A stretch of 36,278 bases of DNA from IMG/VR virus record IMGVR_UViG_3300025173_000081, positions 1 through 36,278 of that record; one strand, written 5' to 3'. The stretch comes from a virus (lineage: Duplodnaviria > Caudoviricetes). The notes under the pieces were generated by a model. The model searched no databases, had not been told where the DNA came from, and worked only from the letters and a program-made list of their open reading frames with translations. Of the stretch, positions 26,885-35,347 are shown piece after piece; the stretch's first letter is position 1; each line of letters opens with the position of its first letter. The position numbers and the translations under genes were made by a program.

Positions 26885-27112
26885 TCACATCATTTTGTCA
26901 AAATCGGGATTGTACTCGGGAATTAAAAGCTCAAATTCCGCAACGTAAATGATGAAAGCAATTATGTACGCCTCACCGATGTCATCGGACTGTTTTGACT
27001 CCATTAAAAAGCGGACGTTGTCTTTAATTTTTGACCATGACTTAGTATCGATCGCAGCTATGTCGATGATACATTCTGGTGAGAGTTCGAATATAAATCG
27101 GCCCTTTTCCAT
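26885..27112 (-). CDS. Hypothetical protein
   Basis: 75-aa ORF filling the gap, co-oriented. Confidence 0.55.
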   Translation of the reverse strand: MEKGRFIFELSPECIIDIAAIDTKSWSKIKDNVRFLMESKQSDDIGEAYIIAFIIYVAEFELLIPEYNPDFDKMM

Positions 27113-27162
27113 CTTAAGAAATTAGGGCCTGTGAATTTTTATTTTGTCAGCAACTGCTTAAA

Positions 27163-27585
27163 TTATGGTCTAGTGATCTCAATTTCAAGCATGTACTTAA
27201 CGCCATCAATAGGCGCCCTATGGCTTCCATCGTGCGACACTATCAAACTGTCATTGGATAGGATTCCGACCTTCTGCAGGCAATCCTGTGGAAGCTCATA
27301 CAGGTTCGAAAGGTCGCCCACTTTGTTTGACCGCTTTCCGGCTTTGGTGAAATAGACTGACTTCGGGTAATGGAAGACAAACTTCACCTTTACGTCGAAA
27401 TCAATCGTGTCGATTCTGGATTTCATCTTTTCGCGCAAAAGCAGGGCGTTCAGGTAGTTCTGGGCGTGCTTTGCGCGGTTTGAGGTTCCGATGAACCTTT
27501 GGCCGGAAAACTTCCGTAATATCTGCTTATTGTTCTTTAAGATTCCGTGGCTACTGACTTCAACCAGGCATTTAAACACTGTCAT
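27163..27585 (-). CDS. rusA: RusA-like Holliday junction resolvase
   Basis: GDLSNL...QDCLQKVGILSNDSLI matches D.DN..K...D.L..AG...DD. Confidence 0.75.
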   Translation of the reverse strand: MTVFKCLVEVSSHGILKNNKQILRKFSGQRFIGTSNRAKHAQNYLNALLLREKMKSRIDTIDFDVKVKFVFHYPKSVYFTKAGKRSNKVGDLSNLYELPQDCLQKVGILSNDSLIVSHDGSHRAPIDGVKYMLEIEITRP

Positions 27586-28055
27586 GGCTTAAACTCCCGA
27601 TGTCCGCCAACTGGCACGGCCTTATTGTCAACATGAACCCATCGGGCCCCGGCGCCGTTGTCTTCCATACGGATCCCAAGCGGTTCCAGATGCGGGCGCA
27701 GGTCGGCTTTAATGGCGTCACAGTCGGCCCCGTCTTTGTCGCCGTCGCTATCTGCGTCTGTCCAGAAATCAAGGGCACAGTCGGGCCCCTGGCACCGATG
27801 GCACGACAAACGAGCCCCGCCAATCAGCTTGTTGTACTCTTCTGGCCGGAAACAGCTCTTTGAAAACATGGCAACGCCCAGAATTTCTCTGATTGGGTCT
27901 ACTTTTTCGGCAAAGAATTTGACGATGTTGGCTTTGACCTGATCTGTGAGGCCGTCGGCTTCGGTGGCCAGCCGATCCCACTTGTCCAGCCAGATGGCTT
28001 CTTTAACCGTGAAATACTTTGAAATCTTTGCTTTTGGGTCTGTCCAGTTAATCAT
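27582..28055 (-). CDS. Peptidase M15 family endolysin
   Basis: SKYFT, SCFR..YN..IGGA..SCH, ALDF, WVHVD zinc ligands. Confidence 0.85.
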   Translation of the reverse strand: MINWTDPKAKISKYFTVKEAIWLDKWDRLATEADGLTDQVKANIVKFFAEKVDPIREILGVAMFSKSCFRPEEYNKLIGGARLSCHRCQGPDCALDFWTDADSDGDKDGADCDAIKADLRPHLEPLGIRMEDNGAGARWVHVDNKAVPVGGHREFKP

Positions 28056-28483
28056 TTCAACCTCTCTGTTGAGTGAAGTCCATTTTTTGCATTTGCTTTT
28101 TTAGCTTGTTGAGTCCGGGGATCATAGAAGCGTCCGTTCTGATACCATTCGATAAGCCGGCCGAAGTCCTCAAATGCAAGGTTAAGCCGCTGCCACTCAT
28201 CCCATTCATACTCCTCAGAGTCGTGATAATGGCCAAGGTCACATCGTTTTGGACGGGTCTTTTTAGTGAATTTCTGAACAAAAACTTCAATGTGGTCATC
28301 GTTTTTAGCGCAGATTTTTTTGAAAGTTACTTTGGTTTTATGTATGTAATTACTTCGGTCAGAACTTTTTGGCTCATAGTGCATTGTTGTGAAGCTGATG
28401 TTTTTTTCACATTCTTGAACCTTGTGGGCCGCATATATTGATCTGTCACACGGCTCTAAATCAAACTCTGGGTGTTCTTTCAT
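28052..28483 (-). CDS. Hypothetical protein
   Basis: 143 aa, overlaps both neighbours by ATGA. Confidence 0.65.
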   Translation of the reverse strand: MKEHPEFDLEPCDRSIYAAHKVQECEKNISFTTMHYEPKSSDRSNYIHKTKVTFKKICAKNDDHIEVFVQKFTKKTRPKRCDLGHYHDSEEYEWDEWQRLNLAFEDFGRLIEWYQNGRFYDPRTQQAKKANAKNGLHSTERLK

Positions 28484-28869
28484 GTGGCCTCATTAAAATC
28501 AATTTGTGTTATCCATTGAGGTTTGATTTTGCCTTGGAAAATATGCCAGTTTTCTGGATCACCAAAAGCCTCAAGGTCTTTCGCAACCTCTGGTGTTAAA
28601 AATCTCATCTGTGACCACGGCTTACAATTTTCAATCTCGCCCAATGGTATTTCGATTGTCAGCCTGACCTCATTTCTTTTGTAAGGAAGTCGGCCGGTGC
28701 CAATGGCCCAGTCTTGCTTGAAATTCGAGTTTGTAGTTATCCATTGTTTGTTGTGTAAAAACGAAGGCGGATTGATTGTCTTAACCATTACGCCGCGAGT
28801 GATTCCTTCTTTTTGGATCGATTCTAAAAACTTCTTGGCTGTAAAGTGATAAAATACCTTATTCATCAT
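28480..28869 (-). CDS. ADP-ribosyltransferase-fold-like protein
   Basis: FYHFT...LESIQKEGI, WITT, GKIKPQWI resemble KptA/DarT-like ART cores. Confidence 0.5.
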   Translation of the reverse strand: MMNKVFYHFTAKKFLESIQKEGITRGVMVKTINPPSFLHNKQWITTNSNFKQDWAIGTGRLPYKRNEVRLTIEIPLGEIENCKPWSQMRFLTPEVAKDLEAFGDPENWHIFQGKIKPQWITQIDFNEAT

Positions 28870-28877
28870 GGCTCCTG

Positions 28878-28915
28878 AAAATCAGCGCAGTCCAAACCCC
28901 TCTGAACTGCGCCGA
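28878..28915 (-). terminator. Strong hairpin, probable terminator
   Basis: CGGCGCAGTTCAGA-GGGG-TTTGGACTGCGCTG-ATTTT. Confidence 0.65.
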
Positions 28916-28921
28916 AAATTG

Positions 28922-29164
28922 TTAAACTACTGGTGGGGCTGCTGTCGCCAATGAAACGTCGATGTAGTATTCTGCGCCTGGCACAAATTCAACCGACGGG
29001 TTTGAGTGATTAATCTCAAGCTTTCCGGTTGGTGTGTATTTCCAGAATGATTTATTTTCTGGCGAGTCTCCATAAACTGGGCTCAATGGTGCATTCTTGC
29101 TACCGCCAGCATTGTGCTGAACGAAATCACACTTGAACTTACATCTTGTTACTGTTGCTTCCAT
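28922..29164 (-). CDS. Small conserved-looking phage protein
   Basis: 80 aa; RCKF...SPENKSFWKYTPTG...PGAEYYID; AGGA RBS. Confidence 0.7.
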   Translation of the reverse strand: MEATVTRCKFKCDFVQHNAGGSKNAPLSPVYGDSPENKSFWKYTPTGKLEINHSNPSVEFVPGAEYYIDVSLATAAPPVV

Positions 29165-29198
29165 TTTTCCTGCCTTCTGTCCTTAAAAGGACTGTTAA

Positions 29199-29762
29199 TT
29201 AACCGTGAATTGAGTGAACTACTGCGCGAAACAAATAGTCTTTGGTGCGCTGCTGGATCGGCAACTGGTTGTAAGGCACCATGCATGGGTGCGTTTTGTG
29301 TTCCGGGTCTTTGACTTCGCCAAAAATCCAGCCGTCAAGACGCTTTTCTTCCATCCAAGACTCGTGCGATTGCTCAGGAGTCAAAGTCAGACCGCTGTCG
29401 ATGTGAGCTTTAACGCCATTTCGAGCAGATGACTTTTGCCATTCTGGTGCGTCTTCCCAAGCTGGCTGACTTGTGTCGCCGATGCTTTCGCAAAATGCGC
29501 GGTTTACTTCATGCGCCACTTTCGCGGTGCTGTCGTAATCTGGCGCCGTTTGGCCTAATCCGTAGGTCTTTGTCGTTTCCGTTGTTGGTTGCATATTCGC
29601 TTCTTTCTCAGCCGTAGCTGTTTGGTTTTGATGTGATTGGATCATTTCAAATAATGGCTTTGTGATTTGGTTGAAAAAATCCGTTTCGTGATTTGGGTAG
29701 CGCTGACCTTGAAGCTGCCACCACATTTGATTTGAAATTGTGAGCAAGTCGGCTTGGATCAC
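29199..29762 (-). CDS. RyR-domain protein
   Basis: HESWMEEKRLDGWIFGEVKDPEHKTHPCMVPYNQLP...KD; an internal start near 29594 is possible. Confidence 0.8.
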   Translation of the reverse strand: MIQADLLTISNQMWWQLQGQRYPNHETDFFNQITKPLFEMIQSHQNQTATAEKEANMQPTTETTKTYGLGQTAPDYDSTAKVAHEVNRAFCESIGDTSQPAWEDAPEWQKSSARNGVKAHIDSGLTLTPEQSHESWMEEKRLDGWIFGEVKDPEHKTHPCMVPYNQLPIQQRTKDYLFRAVVHSIHG

Positions 29763-30430
29763 AAAACCGCCTTAACTTTCGTAATCATGGCGTCGGCTAT
29801 TTCTTGCCGATTCCGCCAGCCGCCAAAATACTCATTTAGATTGCCGAAAAGATCGGGGTGAAGTTTGTACAACAGCCAAGCCCAACCTTTGCCATAAACA
29901 CAAGCCGCGGCTGTGATCTGATTTACTTCATGTTTTGGATTGATGAAGCAGGCAAAAATGATGTCGATGAAAAGATTAAGGCGACCCAGAAGTTCGAGCC
30001 ACAACGGCGCCAAGCTTCCAACATCACAGCACTTGTACAGATAGAGCTTATTTGAAAACGAAAGAACGTCGGAATTTACTCGCCATGATCGGGCGTAGTT
30101 TGTGGCAGCGGTTCTGACCATAAACAGCTTAAGTCTGTCTTCGCTGTCGGTGTTAAAATAATTCTTGCCAGCAATTCCGCTGAAAAAAGCCAAGACCTGA
30201 TCACGGCTCGTGGCTTTCGGGTCATTGTGTGGCGCTGTGCCGGTGTTTGCATCTTGAAATGGATGCCTGACAAGTTGGCCGTCCTGAATAAACAGGGGCA
30301 TGAGGTCGAAATCCCGCTTACTGCCACCAAAAGCCATCAGACCAGTTGAAAAAGCAGAGTCGCCGCCATCTTGATAGCTGGGATCTTCTTTAGCGTCCTG
30401 AACAATAATGCCGTGAATATCTCTTTTCAT
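29759..30430 (-). CDS. Hypothetical alpha-helical protein
   Basis: Start MKRD after AGGGG; enzyme-like motifs DGGDS, LVRHP, SRDQ. Confidence 0.65.
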   Translation of the reverse strand: MKRDIHGIIVQDAKEDPSYQDGGDSAFSTGLMAFGGSKRDFDLMPLFIQDGQLVRHPFQDANTGTAPHNDPKATSRDQVLAFFSGIAGKNYFNTDSEDRLKLFMVRTAATNYARSWRVNSDVLSFSNKLYLYKCCDVGSLAPLWLELLGRLNLFIDIIFACFINPKHEVNQITAAACVYGKGWAWLLYKLHPDLFGNLNEYFGGWRNRQEIADAMITKVKAVL

Positions 30431-30630
30431 TTTACTACCCCTTTGAATGGAATTCGGATTGATTGAGAACCTTGCGAAAGCTGTTGGTTTAAGTCGAAAT
30501 TTTCGCGTAAAAGCAAAATGCACAAATCCTCAAGAGCCAGCTTCCAAAAAACTTTTCTTTTCATTTGTTGCATTTGCTGGCAGACAGGAAGATACAGCGC
30601 CAATTTCTCAAGCTTTTCGCCGCTGTTCAA
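30427..30630 (-). CDS. Hypothetical protein (uncertain start)
   Basis: Fills the gap; ATGA overlap with next gene. Confidence 0.35.
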   Translation of the reverse strand: MNSGEKLEKLALYLPVCQQMQQMKRKVFWKLALEDLCILLLRENFDLNQQLSQGSQSIRIPFKGVVK

Positions 30631-30696
30631 GACTTACAGAGTAGTCGTGATATTGCTGCGCTTTCGTTTTGTAGTGTTCGAGCTTTTGTTTTTGGT

Positions 30697-31041
30697 TCAT
30701 TTGAGAACATTCTCCTTTACGTTAAAAAAGTTAAGTTGACCCTTGTATTTAAAAGGCGTGATTTTTTCGGGGTGTTTCAGAACAAAGCCATATTTGCCAA
30801 TGAACCAGCGCGACTCGGATTCGGTTACGCAATCAGTGATTTCGACCGATCCAACAATGCAGCCAGTGTTGAAATACACATCTTCAAGGCCATAGAGTTT
30901 CACGGCCTCATCATCAATTTTCTGAGAGGCGTGAACTAAAACGCGGCCACGAAGCTTTGTTTTCCAATTTCGGTTTTCAATATCTTTATGGCCATTAACA
31001 ATCAGATAGGCATAAGGTTGACGAATTGAAATTGCTTTCAT
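30697..31041 (-). CDS. ASCH domain protein
   Basis: KAISIRQPYAYLIVNGHKDIENRNWKT..RGRVLVHAS. Confidence 0.92.
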   Translation of the reverse strand: MKAISIRQPYAYLIVNGHKDIENRNWKTKLRGRVLVHASQKIDDEAVKLYGLEDVYFNTGCIVGSVEITDCVTESESRWFIGKYGFVLKHPEKITPFKYKGQLNFFNVKENVLK

Positions 31042-31649
31042 GCGCCAACTCGATCTCTGGTTTTACCCATAGCGGATTGCATAGAGCTTGGTGATGAATA
31101 ATGATTCGGAACGCCTGCAAAAACTTGTTTCCAAGTTGCCTTTGGATTCTCAGCTCTAAACTGTCTGACTCGTCTTTCGCAATCCTGCGCCGGGCCTTGG
31201 CCTTTTAAGCATGGTAGCCCAGCAACAAAATCATCGGGTCTTTTGTAAAGTCTGCGAATCAAACCGTCTCGCGACGGCTCGAAAATATCCATTTTTTTAG
31301 CTGGGCTTAAAATTTCCTCAACCGATCCATCTTTAACCAGCAAAAGTCCGATTCCTGCAGCTCTGAATTTTTCAATCGTCTCTGGCTTTGGTTGTGATCC
31401 AACCGCGCCGAAACAAAATTCAGAATCCAAGCGTGAATCGCAGTATTGGGCCAAAAGCGTTTTGGTTGCGAACATCTTAAGCTCAATCAGATAAAGTACG
31501 TCTTCGCGTTTTCCGACTACGTCGATCATTCGAGCTGAAAAAGATTTTTGAACCTCTGGGAATACCTCAAAGTCGTTCTCTATCAGCCAAGTTTTCACCG
31601 GCTGATAGAGTTTGTATTCTTTAAGTTCCATGTCCTTTTGATTGGACAT
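31038..31649 (-). CDS. PD-(D/E)xK nuclease-like protein (DUF2161/MmcB-like)
   Basis: E..LY.PVK...EV...IDVVG...IELK...GIGLL. Confidence 0.7.
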   Translation of the reverse strand: MSNQKDMELKEYKLYQPVKTWLIENDFEVFPEVQKSFSARMIDVVGKREDVLYLIELKMFATKTLLAQYCDSRLDSEFCFGAVGSQPKPETIEKFRAAGIGLLLVKDGSVEEILSPAKKMDIFEPSRDGLIRRLYKRPDDFVAGLPCLKGQGPAQDCERRVRQFRAENPKATWKQVFAGVPNHYSSPSSMQSAMGKTRDRVGA

Positions 31650-32017
31650 TAGTCAATTACCCGACGTGATTCTTCTTTTAAATGGTCATACTCCATCAAT
31701 GGCGGCACAAAATATTTTCCGGCCGCAATCGACTGAGCGTGGTGCTCCGCATGGGTAGGGGTGGCAACCAAGTGGTCTTTAACGTGGTCAAGCGTCACAT
31801 CGGTTTTGGCATCAATAAAAATCGTGCCTTCGTGCTCGAAAAGCTCAAACTCGCCATTGTAAAGCGCGTGAGAGTTCGTCTGGCCCTTTAAGACCAGATT
31901 TCCTTTGAGTGGTTTCGCGGCCTTCGGAATTTTGTCAAATTCCTGCGTGAAAACTCCGAATTTTCCGATTGGTTTAATTAAACAGTCGCCTTGTTGGTAA
32001 TAAGTTACGTTTTGCAT
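31649..32017 (-). CDS. His-motif protein, typical partner of DUF6745-like proteins
   Basis: YQQGD...NSH...HAEH...GKY...EYD...RRVID. Confidence 0.65.
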   Translation of the reverse strand: MQNVTYYQQGDCLIKPIGKFGVFTQEFDKIPKAAKPLKGNLVLKGQTNSHALYNGEFELFEHEGTIFIDAKTDVTLDHVKDHLVATPTHAEHHAQSIAAGKYFVPPLMEYDHLKEESRRVID

Positions 32018-32026
32018 ATTGGTTCC

Positions 32027-33364
32027 TTAGCTCAAGCTCACTGGCTCGATAAATTGGGTTAATCCGTTTCTGTACATGATTGCTTCTTTGGCGGTTTTCA
32101 CTTCGGGGCCAACGCCTTCAATGTGATAAGTGCCTTTTAAAGATGGGTTCGACATTTTCAGGTAGGGTCTGAATTCGCCGCGGTCGTTATAATCCAAGCT
32201 CAAAAGCTCGTATTTTCCGCCCACTGCAGATTCGAAAGTGTTCACAACTTTGGCTTCCAAAGCCTCAATGGCTTTCTCGATACCGATTTTTTTAATCAGT
32301 TCGCGGCGCACATCGACGTTTTCTTCTTTGATGATGTCTGCTTTGGTGTATTCAGCCTGGAAAGCGTATTGCTCTTTTTGATAGAGGCTTACGTTGTTGA
32401 AGTAAAAAATTCCGAATCCATCGGCATATTCAACAGCTGGGCCATTGAAATTATGCAGCTGACCGGCTTCATTTCTGTGAACCGCAATCGGTTTTTCGGA
32501 AAGGATCGCGACTTCTTTATAAAGAGCCATCCATCCTGTTTCTTTTGCGAGCTCAGAATAAGCCTGTATTTTTTCGGTGGCTTCAGTTAAGCCGACAACT
32601 TCGCGCATGAACGCATAGAAACTCAAAAATCCAGCGTCGTGTTGACCCATGCATGATTGATAGTAATAACCTTCGCCAAATTCTTTCCACTCTTCGCGAA
32701 GCGAAGAATTTTTGACTTGATCCCTGACTTGAGCCCAGACTTGATCCCCGACTTGATCCCTGACTTGAGCCCAGACTTGATCCCTGACTTGATCCCTGAC
32801 TTGATCCCTGACTTGATCCCTGACTTGATCCCTGACTTGATCCCCGACTTGATCCCCGACTTGAGCCCCGACTTGAGCCCCGACTTGATCCCCGACTTGA
32901 TCCCCGACTTGAGCCCCGACTTGAGCCCCGACTTGAGCCCAGACTTGAGCCCTGACTTGATCCCCGACTTGAGCCCTGACTTGATCCCCGACTTGAGCCC
33001 CGACTTGATCCCTGACTTGAGCCCCGACTTGAGCCCCGACTTGAGCCCCGACTTGATCCCCGACTTGAGCCCCGACTTGAGCCCCGACTTGAGCCCCAGG
33101 ACTTGTCGCCGCATACGGCGCTATTCCGGTCTTGGCAGCTTCTTTGATGAGCTTCGCAGTCATCAGCATGCCGAGTGGTGATTGGGCCCACAGAATCAGT
33201 TTAGGCGGCTGCAGGCCAGCTGATGCGTAAGCATCCCGACAGTGCTTTTCAGCAAGTGCGCGGTTCGCTCGTTTTGTGCACAGGCCAATGCCGAGCCACG
33301 TTTTAACGTAGTCGCCAAATTTGGCCATTTGCTCCGGGGTTAATGTTTCTATCTTTTTTGCCAT
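32027..33364 (-). CDS. DUF6745-like protein with internal 32x tetrapeptide repeat
   Basis: N-terminal KIETLTPEQ; C-terminal [16 protein letters not shown]...EENVDVRR...YLKMSNPS; AAGGAG RBS. Confidence 0.75.
   Translation of the reverse strand: MAKKIETLTPEQMAKFGDYVKTWLGIGLCTKRANRALAEKHCRDAYASAGLQPPKLILWAQSPLGMLMTAKLIKEAAKTGIAPYAATSPGAQVGAQVGAQVGDQVGAQVGAQVGAQVRDQVGAQVGDQVRAQVGDQVRAQVWAQVGAQVGAQVGDQVGDQVGAQVGAQVGDQVGDQVRDQVRDQVRDQVRDQVRDQVWAQVRDQVGDQVWAQVRDQVKNSSLREEWKEFGEGYYYQSCMGQHDAGFLSFYAFMREVVGLTEATEKIQAYSELAKETGWMALYKEVAILSEKPIAVHRNEAGQLHNFNGPAVEYADGFGIFYFNNVSLYQKEQYAFQAEYTKADIIKEENVDVRRELIKKIGIEKAIEALEAKVVNTFESAVGGKYELLSLDYNDRGEFRPYLKMSNPSLKGTYHIEGVGPEVKTAKEAIMYRNGLTQFIEPVSLS
32714..33097. 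repeat. 32 tandem 12-bp units GACTTGA(T/G)CCC(C/T/A)
   Basis: 384 bp counted directly; encodes [G/R/W][A/D]QV. Confidence 0.97.
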
Positions 33365-33385
33365 GCTATCTCCTTGTGTTATGGG

Positions 33386-33484
33386 CTAAAAGCAGCCCTT
33401 AAAAATTAATAAAATCAGAACTGCAGCGACGTAGAAAAATACGACTTCTGCTTTTGTCTCTTTTGCTGGATTGAAAAAGTTCAT
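33386..33484 (-). CDS. 32-aa single-TM peptide
   Basis: MNFFNPAKETKAEVVFFYVAAVLILLIFKGCF; AAGGA RBS, ATGA overlap. Confidence 0.5.
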   Translation of the reverse strand: MNFFNPAKETKAEVVFFYVAAVLILLIFKGCF

Positions 33485-33723
33485 GCTAAATAATCCTTTG
33501 CTCTGGTTTTCAGGCCATGATCCGCGCCGGCTCTTTTGTTGTTTTTGGCTTCTTTGATTTTGCGGTGTTGGCGTTTGTCGAATTTTTGAACCAAAATGCT
33601 TTTGCAATCTGGGCATTCTTGAACAAATTTGTTTTCAAATTTCTCAACGCCGATCAGCCCCCAGTTGTAAGCCCGGTTGCATGAGCATTGGCCGTAGCAA
33701 AACATCTTGAAGCCGTTAGACAT
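33481..33723 (-). CDS. Cys-rich zinc-binding protein
   Basis: CSC...CPDC; start approximate. Confidence 0.55.
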   Translation of the reverse strand: MSNGFKMFCYGQCSCNRAYNWGLIGVEKFENKFVQECPDCKSILVQKFDKRQHRKIKEAKNNKRAGADHGLKTRAKDYLA

Positions 33724-33967
33724 TGGCCACCCAGACAACAGCGCTTCGGTTTGATTTCGGATTTTTTCTCAGATTGCCGCTGTCGATCACATAGCCTTGC
33801 TTGCAAAGCTCGTTTACTCGGCCGGTAATGCAGTTGACTGGCCATCTCAGAAACTTAACCAGCTCGAACAACGTCGCGCCTTTATTTTTCTTGATGGCCG
33901 CAAGCACTAAATTACGCTTTTGGGGTTTTTGTTTTACACTCTTGAACGACTGCGCTTTTGTTTTCAT
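33716..33967 (-). CDS. Winged-HTH DNA-binding protein
   Basis: GATLFEL...VNCITGRVNELCKQGYVIDSG. Confidence 0.7.
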   Translation of the reverse strand: MKTKAQSFKSVKQKPQKRNLVLAAIKKNKGATLFELVKFLRWPVNCITGRVNELCKQGYVIDSGNLRKNPKSNRSAVVWVANV

Positions 33968-34596
33968 TTTGGCATCTCCTTCGCCTTAAAATTCAAAAGA
34001 TTGGTGTTTTGACCCAAGACAGGCCCGCCTAATTCAAGGGGGAGAGGGGCAATATTAAACGAGCCTGTCTTTTCAAAATGTTTAATCAGTGAAATTGTGA
34101 GTTTCACCAGTTGAGGGCGTAAGATTGTTTTGTCGAACTGACTTGAATTGGCACAGAAGCTAGTCCAGCCGTTTTCTCGCTTTATAACTTCCAAACCGAT
34201 GAGTCCGAACACTGACACCATAGCGTCTTCGAATGTGTAGTGTAGGCACTCTTCTTGATTACTGTTCAGTCCGACAAAATATGATTTTTGGTCTTTTGCA
34301 ATTACGGCGTTTTTCCATGAAGCGCCTTTTTTAATTTGATATTCTAAGATTTTAGAGACGATGTTTTGAGCTGTGTCTTCATCGGTAATTGGTTTTTTTA
34401 CCAGATCGACAACGCATTGAATGTTTTTCGGGTACCATTGGTTTTTTGAATCGCTTTTATAAAGTTCGCAAGCGATCGCAAACTCTTCCGGCGTAGATTG
34501 ATGTTTTGCAAACTCGGAATCAGCCAGGACAAAAGCGTCTTCGAGTTTGGTTTTGAAGTGGGCGGCAAGGCGCATGACAAGCTCTTTGTGGGTCAT
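33964..34596 (-). CDS. Probable helicase loader / replication accessory protein
   Basis: Directly downstream of initiator; 'QWYP' and 'GWTSFC' patterns. Confidence 0.45.
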   Translation of the reverse strand: MTHKELVMRLAAHFKTKLEDAFVLADSEFAKHQSTPEEFAIACELYKSDSKNQWYPKNIQCVVDLVKKPITDEDTAQNIVSKILEYQIKKGASWKNAVIAKDQKSYFVGLNSNQEECLHYTFEDAMVSVFGLIGLEVIKRENGWTSFCANSSQFDKTILRPQLVKLTISLIKHFEKTGSFNIAPLPLELGGPVLGQNTNLLNFKAKEMPK

Positions 34597-35270
34597 TTTA
34601 CAACCCCAAGGCGTTGCGCTTGCGACGCAAAGTGATCGGTCAACGGCTGGCCATTCTGACCTTTTGCTGATGGAACGAAATCAACCCAGTCGCGCCATTG
34701 GCCCGCGAAGGTTGAAAAATGTTTTGTGTACTGTGCTGGTGTATTGTTGAGCCTGATTTCTTCGGCGTAGTTGGAAGAGGCTTTTTTTAGGTTCTCAAAA
34801 TCGGCTTCGGTTTTAACGTCACGGGCGAGTTTTCGGAAGCCTGGTGTTTTGCCTTTTTTGAGTGGGTAAGCGGCATAAGGAATTTCAAAATCAAACTGCT
34901 CAGGTTTTACGCTTTGAGCGCTATTATTTTTATCTTCTCTTATTTCATTTTTCTTATCTTCTTTAAGGGGCTCTATGTAGTTGAAATTACTCAACTCAGA
35001 AAGCAACATCAGTGTAGTAACTCCGCGCCAACGTGGTAACAAGCGTGCATCAATCGTGTAGCAAGTTGACCGCATCTTGTATGCAAGTCGGATGCATTCG
35101 ATCAGCAACAGGCGTGCAAAGCTGCTCAAAAGATCGTTAAAAGTCCGATCACTGACCGTTGTGTGGTACAAAGAAAAGAAAGAATCGTAACCTTTTTCGT
35201 TTGAAAAAGCGGGATCTGGAAACAGATTCGGATTGAGTTTTATTTCGTATCGTTCTGGGACGCTTGCCAA
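34593..35270 (-). CDS. Phage replication initiator (replisome organizer)
   Basis: C-terminal FDFE..Y..YP.KKGK...YTKHFSTF..QWRD after a KEDK/REDK linker; TTG start. Confidence 0.7.
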   Translation of the reverse strand: MASVPERYEIKLNPNLFPDPAFSNEKGYDSFFSLYHTTVSDRTFNDLLSSFARLLLIECIRLAYKMRSTCYTIDARLLPRWRGVTTLMLLSELSNFNYIEPLKEDKKNEIREDKNNSAQSVKPEQFDFEIPYAAYPLKKGKTPGFRKLARDVKTEADFENLKKASSNYAEEIRLNNTPAQYTKHFSTFAGQWRDWVDFVPSAKGQNGQPLTDHFASQAQRLGVVK

Positions 35271-35329
35271 AGTCTTTTCTCTTCACTGCCAAAGAGAGTA
35301 AAAATAGGCTTTGATAATCTAAATCGCTT

Positions 35330-35347
35330 TTTGGTGCCCTGGGCCGG
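35330..35347. repeat. att core copy (right junction)
   Basis: Identical to 1123-1140; overlaps tRNA 3' end. Confidence 0.95.

Larger units (their letters stand above)
1123..35347. mobile_element. Complete temperate prophage (podovirus-like), excised size 34,207 bp, integrated in tRNA-Leu
   Basis: Flanking 18-bp direct repeats matching the tRNA 3' end; integrase, repressors, replication, terminase, portal, capsid and tail genes inside. Confidence 0.95.

Noticed and set aside
30608-30700. 30-aa ORF possibly frameshifted into 30427-30630
   Set aside because: No slippery site or homology evidence; cannot distinguish from two small ORFs
7035-31891. Numerous plus-strand or nested ORFs in the track overlapping long minus-strand genes
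   Set aside because: Antisense or out-of-frame shadows with no RBS or domain signal
32714-33097. Repeat as CRISPR array or DGR variable region
   Set aside because: No spacers, no cas or reverse transcriptase, no template repeat; adenines in CAA are invariant
32583-33191. Three alternative-frame ORFs through the 12-bp repeat (GSSR, KSGL, PDLS repeats)
   Set aside because: Open only because the repeat unit lacks stops in those frames; only the QV frame has an RBS and flanking domains
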